From positions 8,744,001 to 8,808,000 of the forward strand of contig NC_087246.1 in NCBI RefSeq assembly GCF_037042905.1: DNA of 64,000 nucleotides, written 5' to 3'. Position numbers and translations under genes: made by a program. Below the pieces are notes generated by a model. The model was given only the letters and a program-made list of their open reading frames with translations, had not been told where the DNA came from and ran no database searches. This document shows, piece by piece, positions 51,581-64,000 of this stretch. The number at the start of each line of letters is the position of its first letter. The first letter of the stretch is position 1. Source of the DNA: Lytechinus pictus (taxonomy: Eukaryota).

Positions 51581-51620
51581 CATAGAGATGTATAGTAATA
51601 ACGCGGTATGCATCTCTATG
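51581..51620. mobile_element. 40-bp remnant (TIR ends only) of the same P-like family
   Basis: TCCTTGCC|CATAGAGATGTATAGTAATAACGCGGTATGCATCTCTATG|TCCTTGCC. Confidence 0.85.
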
Positions 51621-54600
51621 TCCTTGCCTTACATCACTATGACATCCCATATGCGGCCAATTTGAAGTCTCCATGGGTATAGTGATTACCACTATTTACA
51701 ACTTTTAAAAATTCATAACTTTCTTGTTGTTTGTCCAATATTGTTCAAACTTTCCCCTATCAACTTGTCTGATTTTTCTTTTTCTTATAAAAACAAGTTT
51801 TTATTTGGGTTGGATTCCCCTTTAACATTTACCCGAAACTCACACGCAACTTTTAAAAGTTTTTTAACAAGCCGTTTTGACGAGACGAACTTCATTGTAA
51901 AGTTACATAATTGGTGTCTTGGTGCATTTGGTCCATGCTATGTGCTATAGTGATTGCTGCTACTTCTGATTTTAGTCTTCGACAAGCTGGTCAGTTTATC
52001 AACATAACCGTCATTTTTGTGTCCAAAATACTTTCTCATAACAATTCATATTTGAGGGGGGGGGTCGTGTTTTACACTCTATTGTTTTGGTCAATATTTG
52101 GCCTTATATCGATTTACTGTTATGACTGGACCATTTGATTCCGTCTTGACACCGGGAATTGATTATTGATTATTACGGGTTTCATAGGCTGTAGAGGGGT
52201 AGTGGTGGGGGAGGGGGTATTTTACAGCTGTCTACCCCATGGTTTGTTTTGGTTTTTTATGCATATGCATGAGAAGATAATATTGGTTGCAATCAAGGTA
52301 TTTGATTTTAAATACAGTCTAGACTACTAACGTGTTGGCCACTTAAATGGTCGTTCGGCCATCTGCGTTGTTGTCAGTGTAGTGATGTCGTATTTGTATG
52401 TTCATATTATATAATAATAAAGCATAAAATGTGAACGAACAATAATAGACGTCAATGAGATCCCAATGTTTAATGCGGCCTAGCTTGCAACCTTTCGCAT
52501 TTGTTGAAAGCAAACACACAGTGTTACGCAACCGGTCCTTTATTACTTGGATTGAATAAATATCGTAAGTGTGACACTTGCAGAATACGATTGCAAGAAT
52601 GTCGATATCAAATTTAACCATGTTAACTGCAGCTTCGCAACGTCTGGAAGCCCTCAACTGAATATGGGGTAAGTTGATTGATTTCTTATCATTTTTTTCA
52701 TGTGGGTGCCAATTGAATATAAGATAATCAGTTGGTCTCTTTCAATACATTATAGCACTATCTGGCATTCCTCTTTATATTATAGCAGGCTATCAAAGCA
52801 GGACTTACAATATCCCTACCACTAAATAGCCTATGTATAATTATATACTGTCGCTTAATATGATACAGATCCGTTTCGCTAGTTCGTTAGTTCGTTTCGC
52901 ATTAAGACCTCTTCTTCTACTCCACCTCCTTCCCAATCTCCTCCTCCTTCTTCTTCTTCATTCTCTGCTATTTTTTTCTTCTCTTTTTCCTTCTTAATTC
53001 TCCTTCTTTTTCGTCTTCTCCTTGTTGCTAGTATTATTATTGTTGTTGTTGTTATTTTTTTTATTATAACTATGATAATGTTCCGGATAATCTGCACCCA
53101 TTCTTTACGGTTGAAGAAAACGTACATGTTTTTACTATAATTACATAATTAAAAAGTATGATTTCTTTGTCACTCAATCCAAGGACCTATATCACTTGTT
53201 ACAAGATCCATAATCAATTAAAGTCAATCTCATGACGGAAATATTCATGAACTAATTTAGCGAGCAAGTATGTATATAAGTCATAGTCGTAATTATGCAC
53301 TTTGTACAACTTTGTATTTCCACACGTAATCAGAAGAACGAATAATGCAGATGAACCGGTTGGCAAAGCTGATCAGGTTTTGTAAGAATGGTTCCTGGTT
53401 TTGCTCAGGAATTCGTGGGGAATGTAATGTACATGTTTGGCCACTCAAGCTGAAAGCTATGTTTGATAAATTTAAAACATGTAGAATGTCAAGTACAACC
53501 TTCATTCAAACAGAAGATCGACATATGAAACCATTTAAGTATCTCTTTAGTTCTGAAAATGTTGAACTTCGATTACTTGTTGATTAAAATACGACAAGTC
53601 TATACATGGTATATATGTTATCTTTTAATTAGCAGAGTGTATTTTTTTGGGGTAAGCTGCACTTTGTATTTATCATAATTTCGTGACACTTACAATGGTT
53701 TTGACCATATCAAATTAACGCGGGAGCTTATCACGGACTTTGAACTTCTCTTGTAAATAAAAGAAATTCATAAACTGATTACAGTAATTCGTGATCACGA
53801 GATCATGATCAACTCTATATTCTAATTTCTACTGATCGTATAAGGTTGTATTTTTCTCGTTTCTCCTTATTTCTTGAAAGCTAAATATATACATCATATC
53901 GCTTATGTGAAAGATGGTAATAAGGAATATACGTGAACATGTGAGTGGACTGAATAGGAAACTCCGCCAAAAAGATATCACACATAAGCTTTAAGGTAGG
54001 TTAAGCAGTCTTAATCTCTTATCAACGAGAAAAACGCAGAAAATAGCAAGACTTGTTAGGATTTTAAGAACACGAATCTTAACCAACACTATACGTGAAT
54101 ACACAAACAAATCATTCGAAATGTATGGTAAACACCGGAGGGTATTCAGTGTATACACAATATAATATATTAATGATCGAAATCTTCCATCTGTTACACA
54201 ATCCTAAATTCGTTGTGTATCATTATTAGAAAACGTACATTTTTTACAGAAAGAACAAACTATGCTTTAAGCCCGGCGCGCATTTCTCGATCCGACTAGA
54301 CGCAATTTGCTAACAAATTTCACATTTCCAGGAAGTACAATCATTTTAAGTTCGTCTCAATGCCAGGAATAATAAAATAAGATTTCGGCTGTGCTGCAAG
54401 CCCTGGGGTCGGAGTAAAAACCAGATCGGCTTGAAGTCTTAGCAGAATTCATTTCATTTTTATTTCATTTATTTTCATATTTCTCGTTTGATATTTGTTT
54501 CACAAAAAAAAATAATACATCATATAAAATTACAGACAAAGAGTATACAAGTAACATGATACAGTAAAGTAACAATTATAACTCAATTTAAGTCAAAGAA

Positions 54601-57180
54601 ATATAATGGGACCTACATAATAGCAAGTTTGTACATTTGCGGGCTCAGTGGAGTAAGTTGTAGGTATTAAATCGAGGAAGAAAAAAACATCATGTTTTTC
54701 ACTTAAATACAGAAACTTTTAGGTAAAACAGAGACTTGAAGAGAGAAAAAAATCTCCTTAAGTGGTCAAAAGTATAAAAAACTATAGGCATATGCTTATT
54801 GTATTTATACATCCTTGATGTATGCATACATACCCCATGTGCATACACATAAATTAGTAAATAGATTTTTACTATATTTTTGTCGCAATATGCATACTTT
54901 GTTTAAAAAAAAGGAAGTAAATAACGGGGATGCTGCTCAGCTGGTACTTTAACAGAAGAGAGGAAAAGAAGAATACGAAATATGATCTAGTCGTGGAGAT
55001 CTATATTACGAAGAAAAGGCAGTTCCTTGAGCCGATGATGATGTCTGCATCGTTACGATTTACGGCCGATAATGACGCCCAAGTCATTACGATTTGCGGT
55101 TGAATTTGGTTTCATTCTTACATGGAGGCTCAAAACAGACTGAAATTCCGATTTTAATATTCATGCCTCTATCAGAACTTTGACCATTCATAGGTTAAAA
55201 TATTTGTATCAAATGCTGTTACAATATTTTGAAAATCGGATCGCAATGGATCGTGTAGCATGTGTAGTGTGCACAGGGCTTTAACAGCTCAAACAATATT
55301 CCCAATACAATAAAATGTTCGCTATGTCTACTGAATATGCTAATTGTTAGTATCCCGAACGGGAAAAGTAACCCAAATAAGGTTTCGTGGTTCAGGTAAA
55401 TAAAACAAGAATTCATTGTTCAGGTAAATAAGACTTCATGGTTGATGTAAATAAAATAAGGCTTCGTGGTGTAGAGGGATTGTAAGTCGTCGACATTTAG
55501 CCCCCCCCCCCCCCCGGGGGGGGACGTTAGGAGAATTAGTAATTAAGGAGAGCTCTTGTCATATGATGAGGAATGTAATGACGAACAGAATGATATGTGT
55601 CTATACATGTATATCATTTTATAATTTTTACGATTATCATCATGACTATGCATATTGTGTGGTAGTTAACGACAATCATGTAAGTGTCCCATAATTGCAC
55701 TTTCGATTTCTAAAACTGTCCACGTCCCTTTCGATTTCTAAATCAGTACCTATTATTTTTCTGCCAAATGACAATTAGAACTCAACATATTATACGACAC
55801 CCAATTCAAACATATACTTAATGCTTTGGTTATATTTTCATTACTCTGTTAGGTCATGAAACAGAGACGGTGCCACTAAAGTTGGCCCCAGGGGGGGGGG
55901 GGCTGCCATAATTTTATGCCTTATCATAATATACTATATTATTTCATAAATAATCAAAACACGGAAGAAAAAAATATGGAATAACAAATTTCGAAGTGAA
56001 TGGTGAAATGCTGCCACTGTTAAATTAGGTCACCTTTTGGTCATCTCGCCACATCCATTAAAGAACAGAAGAGACATTCCTGCATAAAAATCTGGTCTTA
56101 ATAGAATAGAACACAATAGACTAATCAATACACTTGACTCATTTTGTCAGCAACATTTATAAATGTGACAAAAACAGTGATTGGAAATTGATACATTGAT
56201 ACTATGACTAATTAACCTAGACGTAAAAATGTTTCTTAGGTAATTGGTCATATACCAGCTTTGCGTTTACCAGCAAAAGCTGTTTGCCGAGTCCAACGGG
56301 AGTTACCATAAATAGAAACAGAAACAGAAACATTAAATTGTGATTAACTACATATTTTGGTATTTATGACATAGATTCCGTCGGTACTTTTGAATGAATA
56401 TTTAATAGTATGAATGATTACATTATTATAATGAGGGTCTTTTTATTTCTTAGTTTCATCTCTAGTTATTCCGTAAATAAATACAAATTTATAGAAGTAC
56501 GGGTATCAGGAGAATAAAGGGTTAATAGTTAATAGCTAATTAAACAGAGGCAGAAGATAAAGATATAAGACTTAGGCTCACACGTGTTCCCCATTTGCAT
56601 AGATTAACTTAGCAAATAACAATCTATAACACTTGGAATGGAACCACCACAACATTGTTTGCATTGGGTATCTGCTTGAAAGCTACTTTATCATTTGCTT
56701 TGTTGTTGTTGTTATTAATATAAAATGATTGTTGTAAAAGTGACAGCTATTTAAAGGATTACAAGGATAGCATACTTAACTGTATATATAATGATATTCT
56801 TCTTTGTTGAAATTGAAATTTTCTTCATTATCCTCAACCATATCATATCATTGGCTTACAGTGGGGGGGGGGGGGGGTTGTTACACATACAAATGTGGGG
56901 GAAAACGCCCACAACTGTAAAAATACCTACACATGAATTATCACTTTTCCACAAATGTTATCATTTCCACCAACAAATAAAAAAATGCTTTACCCAAAAA
57001 TGTAACAAATTTGAAGAGATAATATGAACATGATTAAAACCCTGTAGTCCATTCCGCAAAAGAGCAATACGTATATGGCGCGTGGTCTTTACTCAAACCT
57101 ATTATTTCAAAATCTAAAAAAAAAATATATTACACTTAGACCCCATAATGTTATTCTTTATATGGAATTGTGTGTGTGAG

Positions 57181-57330
57181 GGTGACTGTGTGTGTTTGAG
57201 TTTTTACAGACGTGTGACAATTAGATACGTCTGGGACCGACCTTTAGCGTCACCATCCGAAAGACGTGACCAGGGCTCGAACCTCTGAATCAACTTCCAC
57301 GCAGCTTTGATTACTGGCGCACGCCACAAC
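57181..57330 (-). mobile_element. tRNA-derived SINE
   Basis: Minus strand reads TGGCGTGCGCCAGTAATC...GAGGTTCGAGCCC (B box)...TCTTTCGGATGGTGACG...(CA)n tail; second copy at about 39559-39715. Confidence 0.65.
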
Positions 57331-57552
57331 GGCGCATATCATTCAGCAGTGAATATTTGCGCCAGAATAATTTGCGGTAAATTTTATACAAAAGTTCTGT
57401 ATTCATATCAATTCAATTAATACGTTAAAAACGGCATAGTCTTGCTTCCGGACTTGGTTGTTTTAAAGTATAAAACAATAATATAAAACATAACAAAAAT
57501 CAAATGTAACACACAACAATCCTCCAAACTAAGAGCTTGTAATATTTAGTCG

Positions 57553-57910
57553 ATGTTGTTGTTGTTCTTATTCTTTGTTTTGTTGGCTAGCAAACAATCA
57601 AGATATAAATATTTTTTGCCACTGCGTTTTGGAGCTTTTTTTTGTTTAAAAGAATTATTTCATGTTTTAGTTATTTTCTTTTACTTTTTTTTTTCCTGTT
57701 CTGTTTTTTTTTTTTTTCTTTTTATTCTTTCTATTTTTTTCGTCTTATTCTGTTTCTTTCCTCTCTTTTTATTTCGTTTAATGATTTCTTTTTTGTTTCT
57801 TTGTTAATTCTTTTCTTATTCTTTCCTTCTTATTTACTTTTATCTTCTCTACTCTTCTTTTTCTTCCTTTTCTTTACTTTTCCTTTCCTCTCATTTCTTG
57901 TCTTTGGATA
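57553..57910. repeat. T/pyrimidine-rich low-complexity tract
   Basis: Read directly from the sequence. Confidence 0.8.
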
Positions 57911-58159
57911 GATTTAAGCTTTGTCTTTACTCAAGAATTATTCAAAATATTCTTCAAAACTTAAACACATGGTTTATCACAAGGTCTTAGTTGGGAAGAT
58001 GATGGGTTCTTAGTTTGAATGTTTTTCCTTTTTATTTGAATAACCAGGTCTGTGGGAAAGACAAAATTTTTACTTATTTTATTCCACATGAATACGAATT
58101 TGAAAAAAAATCCGTTTACACTGTGGCTACTTCTATGGTGTGGACGATCATAGTGTGTT

Positions 58160-58348
58160 GACATAGTAGACTATGTGAATATGTGATTCACACTGTTGAA
58201 ATGAACATATTCAACAGTGTGAAGATATTTTCACACTGTGGACATCTCGACAGTGTGACTGTTCACAAAGTGTTCACATGGTCGACTATGTGATTCACAC
58301 TGTTGAAATGAACAAATTTGACAGTGTGAAAGTGATTTCACAGTGTGT
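58160..58348. repeat. Cluster of alternating-orientation TCACACTG / CAGTGTGA motifs (hairpin array)
   Basis: TTCACACTGTTGAA-9nt-TTCAACAGTGTGAA is a perfect IR; TATGTGATTCACACTGTTGAAATGAACA is duplicated about 107 bp apart. Confidence 0.75.
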
Positions 58349-61300
58349 TCCATGCCTTAGTACAGAGTTTAAGTTTTGAACAAATTCGACAAAATATCCC
58401 TTCAAATTTATTATACATTCGTGGGTAAATAACTTGGACACTTGTGGGTGAAATTTATTTATTTTATTTTTATTCATTTTTTTATATTTTATATTTTATT
58501 TTTTATTTTTTTTATTCATTTATTTATTATTATTATTTTTTTTTTTTTTGGGGGGGGGGGTATATTGCAATTAACATGTTATATCTACTTATACCCAAGA
58601 TAAACATTCAGAATCATTAGAAAACAAGGTCTACAATTAATAGAGAGATTTGTTTATATTTTGATATACAGAATAACCATGATATCTATAGAAACAAGAT
58701 GATTTATTGAAAGCTACATTTCCATGGTAAAGGGTAAAGTAGAATCAAAGATGGAGGAATTCGACGCCAGCTTGGTACTGATTGAAAGTAATCCTTATTA
58801 TCGACCATGTAACATCACAGAGAATGACAAAAAAATGGTAAGTGAAATCTGCACTTTGTAAACTTTACCATGCAGTCAATTTGCTGGTTATTGCTTCATT
58901 TTCATGATTATTGTAGACACTTTATCCCGGGACTATAATTTCATTTACGGCTCCACCTTTGTAAAAGAGAAAAGAAAAATGTTTCATTAAATAATTTATT
59001 CAAGTTCTAATAATTTCAAACAAGCTTTTATACACATTAAATATGAGTTAGGTTCTGCACCGACTTTCTAATTTAAAATTATGAATATTGCTCATTTGGT
59101 CAAATGTTTTCTATTTTTTGACGAAACAATCGCGATTTAAGATTTATGGTTCATCGAATCAATATCCACTTCTTGCATAATTGGGATTTAAGGGCAATTT
59201 CACTTTAAAAAAGTTGATTTGAACAAAGAGAGAAAAATGACAAGCTCTGAAAACTGCATCACAATCAGATGCAAAATAAAACAGCAGTTTCGATTTTTTG
59301 CAAAAAATAGTAGGGGAGACCGGGGTTAGTTGGAACATGGGGTAAGTTGAAACATTGTAATTTTCTTTAACGTCTTAAAATAAATTTCTGCAATACTGCC
59401 CTCAATTTATTGCCATTATCAACAGCCATCCACCATATTACAGACAACACATGTGCAACAAGCCTGGTGAAGTTATAAAGGAATTTTAGTTTTTTGACCT
59501 TCTGAGTAATTTTTTCTCTTTCAGAAATGTTTGATTATCTCAGAGAAGTTTATAGATCATGTTGGCCAGTTTGGGGGTATAATAGACACTTATACCACGC
59601 CTACAAAATGAGGTTATTAATATGCCATGGTGAAGTCCCTTTTTTTTGCTGTAAGCTTATAAACGTCAAATGTGCCTCCGGGGTTGGCTGAAACAAAATT
59701 GAAGGAGCTAGTTGGAACATGTTCCAACTTACCCCAAACATAATTATGAATAAAAACATTGAATATGATAAAAAAATATATAAAGTATTTCACACTCTTC
59801 TGAACATGTATTGTATACCATACTCGTTTTGTTTATCAGTTAGGTCTGATTGTGCATTCAAGGCCTATTGTAGGCCCCTAATGCAATATTAACCCTTATC
59901 AAACTGGGGGGGGGGGTCAATTTGAGCCCCCCTTGAGAAATTTCGTCACTACGCGGTGGAGCGAAATTTTGCGATGCCTGTCTGCGAGGTTTCGAAATTA
60001 CGCAACATTTTGTACGTGCATGTTCAGACCAAAATTGCTCAAAAACGTGATTCCATGTACAAGGTCAATGCAAATTGTGTTTTTCAACCAAAAGTAATGA
60101 ATGTATGATTATTTTTTACTTTTTTGGTTCAAATAGATTTATCTAATGTATTTATGATCGCAAAAGAGTCCCAACAAAGTTCATCGGAAAAATCAAAGGT
60201 TAAAAAAAAAATAAATAAAAAAATAAATACAAATAAAAAAAAAATACAAAATTACATTTTTGCAATTTTGGGTGCATATTTGTAATAAATGTGAAAATTG
60301 ATACTCTCACCAAAAATTCTACTAGCTTAATAAATAGAGTTAAAGGCAAAAACATACTAAAAACAACAAATTTAAGGCAAATTTCATATGCTTATTTGCA
60401 TAATTAATTAATGAAAAAAAATATAAACAATTAATTTTTGTCTTATAAATTTGATGCAGAAGTACATGAAATTGCTGATAGTACACTTAATTGCATGTAA
60501 AATCAAATGCACCCAAATATGCGGAATTCTACTACACAGTCTGCTTGCGTGAGTGGCTGTATATTAAAAAAATAGAAAGGTTCAACGAATCCACACTTTA
60601 ATATTTTGAACTTGAATAAAATAAAGCAAATAGGCTAGAACCATTTAATATTACAGTTTTAAGTAGTTTAAGTATAATTTTTAAATTTATAAATTTTTGT
60701 AAAAACCCATTCAAACATTTTTGTTTTGTGGGGGTGACATTCGCCTTTAGATGGGGAATAATTTCTGCCGGGATAAAATGATAGGAATGTTGGTGTTCGC
60801 CATTTGATCAGGCTAATAAACGTTTGTATATTACGTTTTAAAGACGTCGTTGATTATCATAATAATGATAAATCAATCGAAGGAGACAAAAATAAATGTT
60901 ACATGTACAAGACGTGTTCTTAATCATAATTTTTTTCATCAGGTATTTCGGATAAGTTTTGGCTGTGGGTTAGCAAGTTTAATAGCTGTTTTTACTATCA
61001 TCGGACATGCCGTGGTGAAGAAGCGTTACTTTATGTTTGAGGTAAGATAAGCTTTTACCGTGCATCTCATAAAAAAAGGAAACCGACGTTTTCATTTTTT
61101 TTTCATCATGTAAGCAAATGATTGAAGATGTTTAATTTACGCCATCATATTGTTGTTTTTCTTCTTTACTTTTTTCCTTATATCATGACACATGTAACGC
61201 ACCGATGAGTACGAAAAGTTTCATGTGAAAATCAAGTTGGGGAAAATATAATATTGGTCAATAATTATTTAGAAAGAGATTGCTCATTTGCACTTTGTTT

Positions 61301-61403
61301 TGTTTCTTTCAAATAATATGCTGAATCAGTAAATGATAGTTAATACAGATTCTAAAGCGGCTTTTTGCACAAATCGTTTCTGTCAGGTCTCAGTTTTGAT
61401 GGA

Positions 61404-61647
61404 CAGTGGTGCAATAGTAAGATTTTAAAAAATCAAGGGGGCAGATATGGCAGATTGAGGAAAATTTAAGGTGCAAGCGAGCAATCAATTATTTTCTTAT
61501 TTTTTAATACGAAAATCTATTTTAGATATACTTTTACATCATACTTAGAACAAACTACCATATTTCACTCTTTCTCTTTTTTGGGGTGTCGTAAACTTTT
61601 TAGGGGGCATGACCCCAAGCCCCACCCTCTCCATCTGTACGCCAGTG
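61404..61647 (+). mobile_element. hAT-like MITE (CAGTGGCGTA family)
   Basis: CAGTGGTGCA...TACGCCAGTG with perfect 8-bp TSD TTGATGGA. Confidence 0.8.
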
Positions 61648-63519
61648 TTGATGGACATTACCTCTCAAGTGTGACCGAACCACAAAGAATCTGGAATCAG
61701 ATTTGAGAGTGGACTTCACTTCTTATACTATTGTCAAATTCAAAGGCAAAATCTATCAGATATTTGACTTTTTTCGCTAAAATAGATTTTGTTTTCTGGT
61801 CTTACTGTATTTCTAACCAGCATTCTAAAAATAAAATTCGAACAAAATTCATGAGAAGCCTACATCGACTACTTTTACACCTCCGCCCACCCCTCAAACT
61901 TCATTCTCCCTACTTTCTCTAGGACATATATTGTAGTTTTATGTGTTCATATTGTTAAAGATGATGATGACAATTCATTCCATTTCCATGCTTCCTCATC
62001 AGATCCGTCCTGTCGTACACCTATCCATAGCAAATGCAGGGTTTTGCATGTGCCTCATAACTCTTGATATTCTCTATATGTTCACACCTATTACGGTCCC
62101 AACGACTATTTATCTTATCACACTTGAAGAGGTGAGTAGTGTTCATAAATCAATCGTTTTCTCAATAACCAAATATCTGCATTTATTAGGAAAATAGATT
62201 TACAACCTCTCTTCAAGCATTAGCATCTGTATTCATTTATCATTTCAATAACATTATTATAAGAATTATCATAGTTTCTTTCCCATTGTTAAGATTTAAT
62301 TCTATTTTCATTTAAGGGGAGGTTAATGTTTTTGTTTACATTCAAAGAAACGATAATCACAGGAGAATAAAGTTCTGTGAAGGTAAGGGATATATTCAGT
62401 GTTATTTATCTCGATTCCTGTCCAAGTTGTTAAGCAATTAAAATCACTGATGTCTGGAATTCTCCATTAAGAATTAGTAAAATTATCATTCATCAAACTG
62501 CATGTCATTTTACAGATGAATAATTGCATGTACTATGCATAATAGAATTCGCTAAGATGTTGATCTGGGGTTGATCTACAGAATACGCCACCCAATTTCA
62601 GGCAAAACAAAACGACCAGTGTATTTTAGCACGCCTTTAACATTCTATTTTAGTCTATTTGATTATGTTATCTAATGATTTGTTTTCCTCCTTAGGTCTT
62701 TTATTTAGTCTCGTTCAATTTGACCGCAAATTATTCGATGGTAGTCTACGCAAGACTGAAAACGAAACTCAGTATGTCTGAAGACCTGCAAACACTTGAA
62801 GTAAGAATAAAGGCTTGTCCAGCTAGTATGCGACAAGATTCAGCCAGACATTTCTCTACACGTATAAACAAATATGGAACCAACAAAAATGTTACTAAGA
62901 GACAGGAGACTATTTTTTGATCTGGCTTGAAACATGTAGAGAAACGTTCATTTCTTGAAATAATGTTACTACTCAAACCTACTTTCGACATATAACTCTC
63001 GTACAAGTCCTTTACATATTGGATAATCAGTCACATCATGATGTAAACAATCTTTTCATCATGTTTAATATAAGTTCAACTTTGTCGCATCAACTCCCAA
63101 CTCATTTTTATTTATTCAAATTTATGTTTTTAAGTAATTTAAGTATTAAAAAATCAAGCCGAATTGGGATTTGGCCTTCTTTTATCTTGGTACTCTGCGA
63201 TATACTTTTCTGATGGAGGGGGGGGGGGTCCATGCGATTTTTTTTTTTTGGAGATTGGGTGGAGGGAGGAATGACCCCGGGACATTGATAAGATTTATAG
63301 ATATTTTACCATTTGCCAAAGATATACATTTATATATCTTAGTAATTATCTTCGTAACAGAACATATCAAAATATGTTTACTCAATATTCCTTTTCTCTC
63401 TCTACCTTCGATAACGAGTCATAGAGAAGAGATAATCATAAGGGATTATAACGATAAATGCATGGCCTTTATGAACAGATTCATAAGACAAAACATAGCT
63501 TCTTAACTTTACCCAAGTA

Positions 63520-64000
63520 TAAAGGGGTACTCTCGGCTTAAAAATATATGATTTTAACAGAAATAAAATTAGACAATCAAAACGCTGAAAATAACATCAA
63601 AATCGGACAAGGAAAAATAAAGTTATAGTATTTCAAATCTTTGCATTATTTCAGTGAAACTGTTCTATGCATGCCTTCATGAATATGCAACAAGCAAGCT
63701 GATGATGTCATATCGCCTCTTATCATTTTGTATATTTTTGTATGAATTTATTTTATTGAAATTTTGTCCACCAAGAAGAAAATAATAGATTGACGACTGA
63801 TTTAATGGGTAAGATATTCATTGCTGCAATTTGTTTGCAAGCATTACAAGAGATATATATCAGTAACACACATTCATGAAAATATTAAATAATCATTATA
63901 TTATTTAATGACAAAAGAAAAAGGAGAGTGGGGACACGATATCATCAGCCCACCTTTATCAATATTCATGATGGCATGCATATAACTGTTGTTGTTTTTT
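63520..64000. mobile_element. Kolobok-like MITE, cut by the window edge
   Basis: TAAAGGGGTACTC...GCTGAAAATAACATCAAAATCGGACAAGGAAAAATAAAGTTAT resembles the left arm of 22044-22613; ATGCATATAACTGTT is also shared. Confidence 0.6.

Larger units (their letters stand above)
48538..51821. mobile_element. Kolobok-like non-autonomous element (host of nested insertions)
   Basis: TTAA|AGGGGAATCCAGCC ... GGTTGGATTCCCCT|TTAA; subterminal GAAAGTTTGAA...AAGAAAGTTAT vs ATAACTTTCTT...TTCAAACTTTC. Confidence 0.85.

Noticed and set aside
59310..60060. Further DNA-transposon ends (GGGGAGACCGGGGTTAGTTGG; TTAACCCT...)
   Set aside because: They look like repeat termini, but I could not find matching opposite ends or TSDs, so they are not annotated.
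51822..64000. Third MMP paralogue or other gene downstream
   Set aside because: No MMP motifs or convincing exon chain were found. Small or non-coding exons (e.g. acceptor-like site near 62695) cannot be excluded.

Overview
AT-rich, repeat-dense animal genomic DNA. The repeat types and gene style suggest an invertebrate deuterostome such as a sea urchin, but that is inference. The window holds two complete, head-to-tail, 8-exon matrix metalloproteinase (M10A) paralogues on the + strand. Gene A has its CDS at 3133-23158 (580 aa spliced) and gene B at 28492/28498-45571 (575/573 aa). Both share intron phases and the same architecture: signal peptide, Q/N/Y-rich and acidic N-terminal extension, variant cysteine switch, RKRR furin site, [12 protein letters not shown] zinc motif, Pro-rich hinge, four-blade hemopexin domain and a short hydrophobic tail that may be a GPI signal. 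Introns and intergenic DNA contain many non-autonomous transposons (Tc1/mariner-, hAT-, Kolobok-, P- and Helentron-like), SINEs and microsatellites. The most unusual observations are three: (1) a fold-back repeat carrying a full cloverleaf tRNA-like sequence with a UCA (stop-reading) anticodon, present as two full copies and one partial; (2) a P-like element and a 40-bp P-like footprint, each with a perfect 8-bp TSD, nested in one TTAA element; (3) a non-coding block conserved about 550 bp upstream of both MMP start codons. I recognised no coding gene after 45.6 kb.
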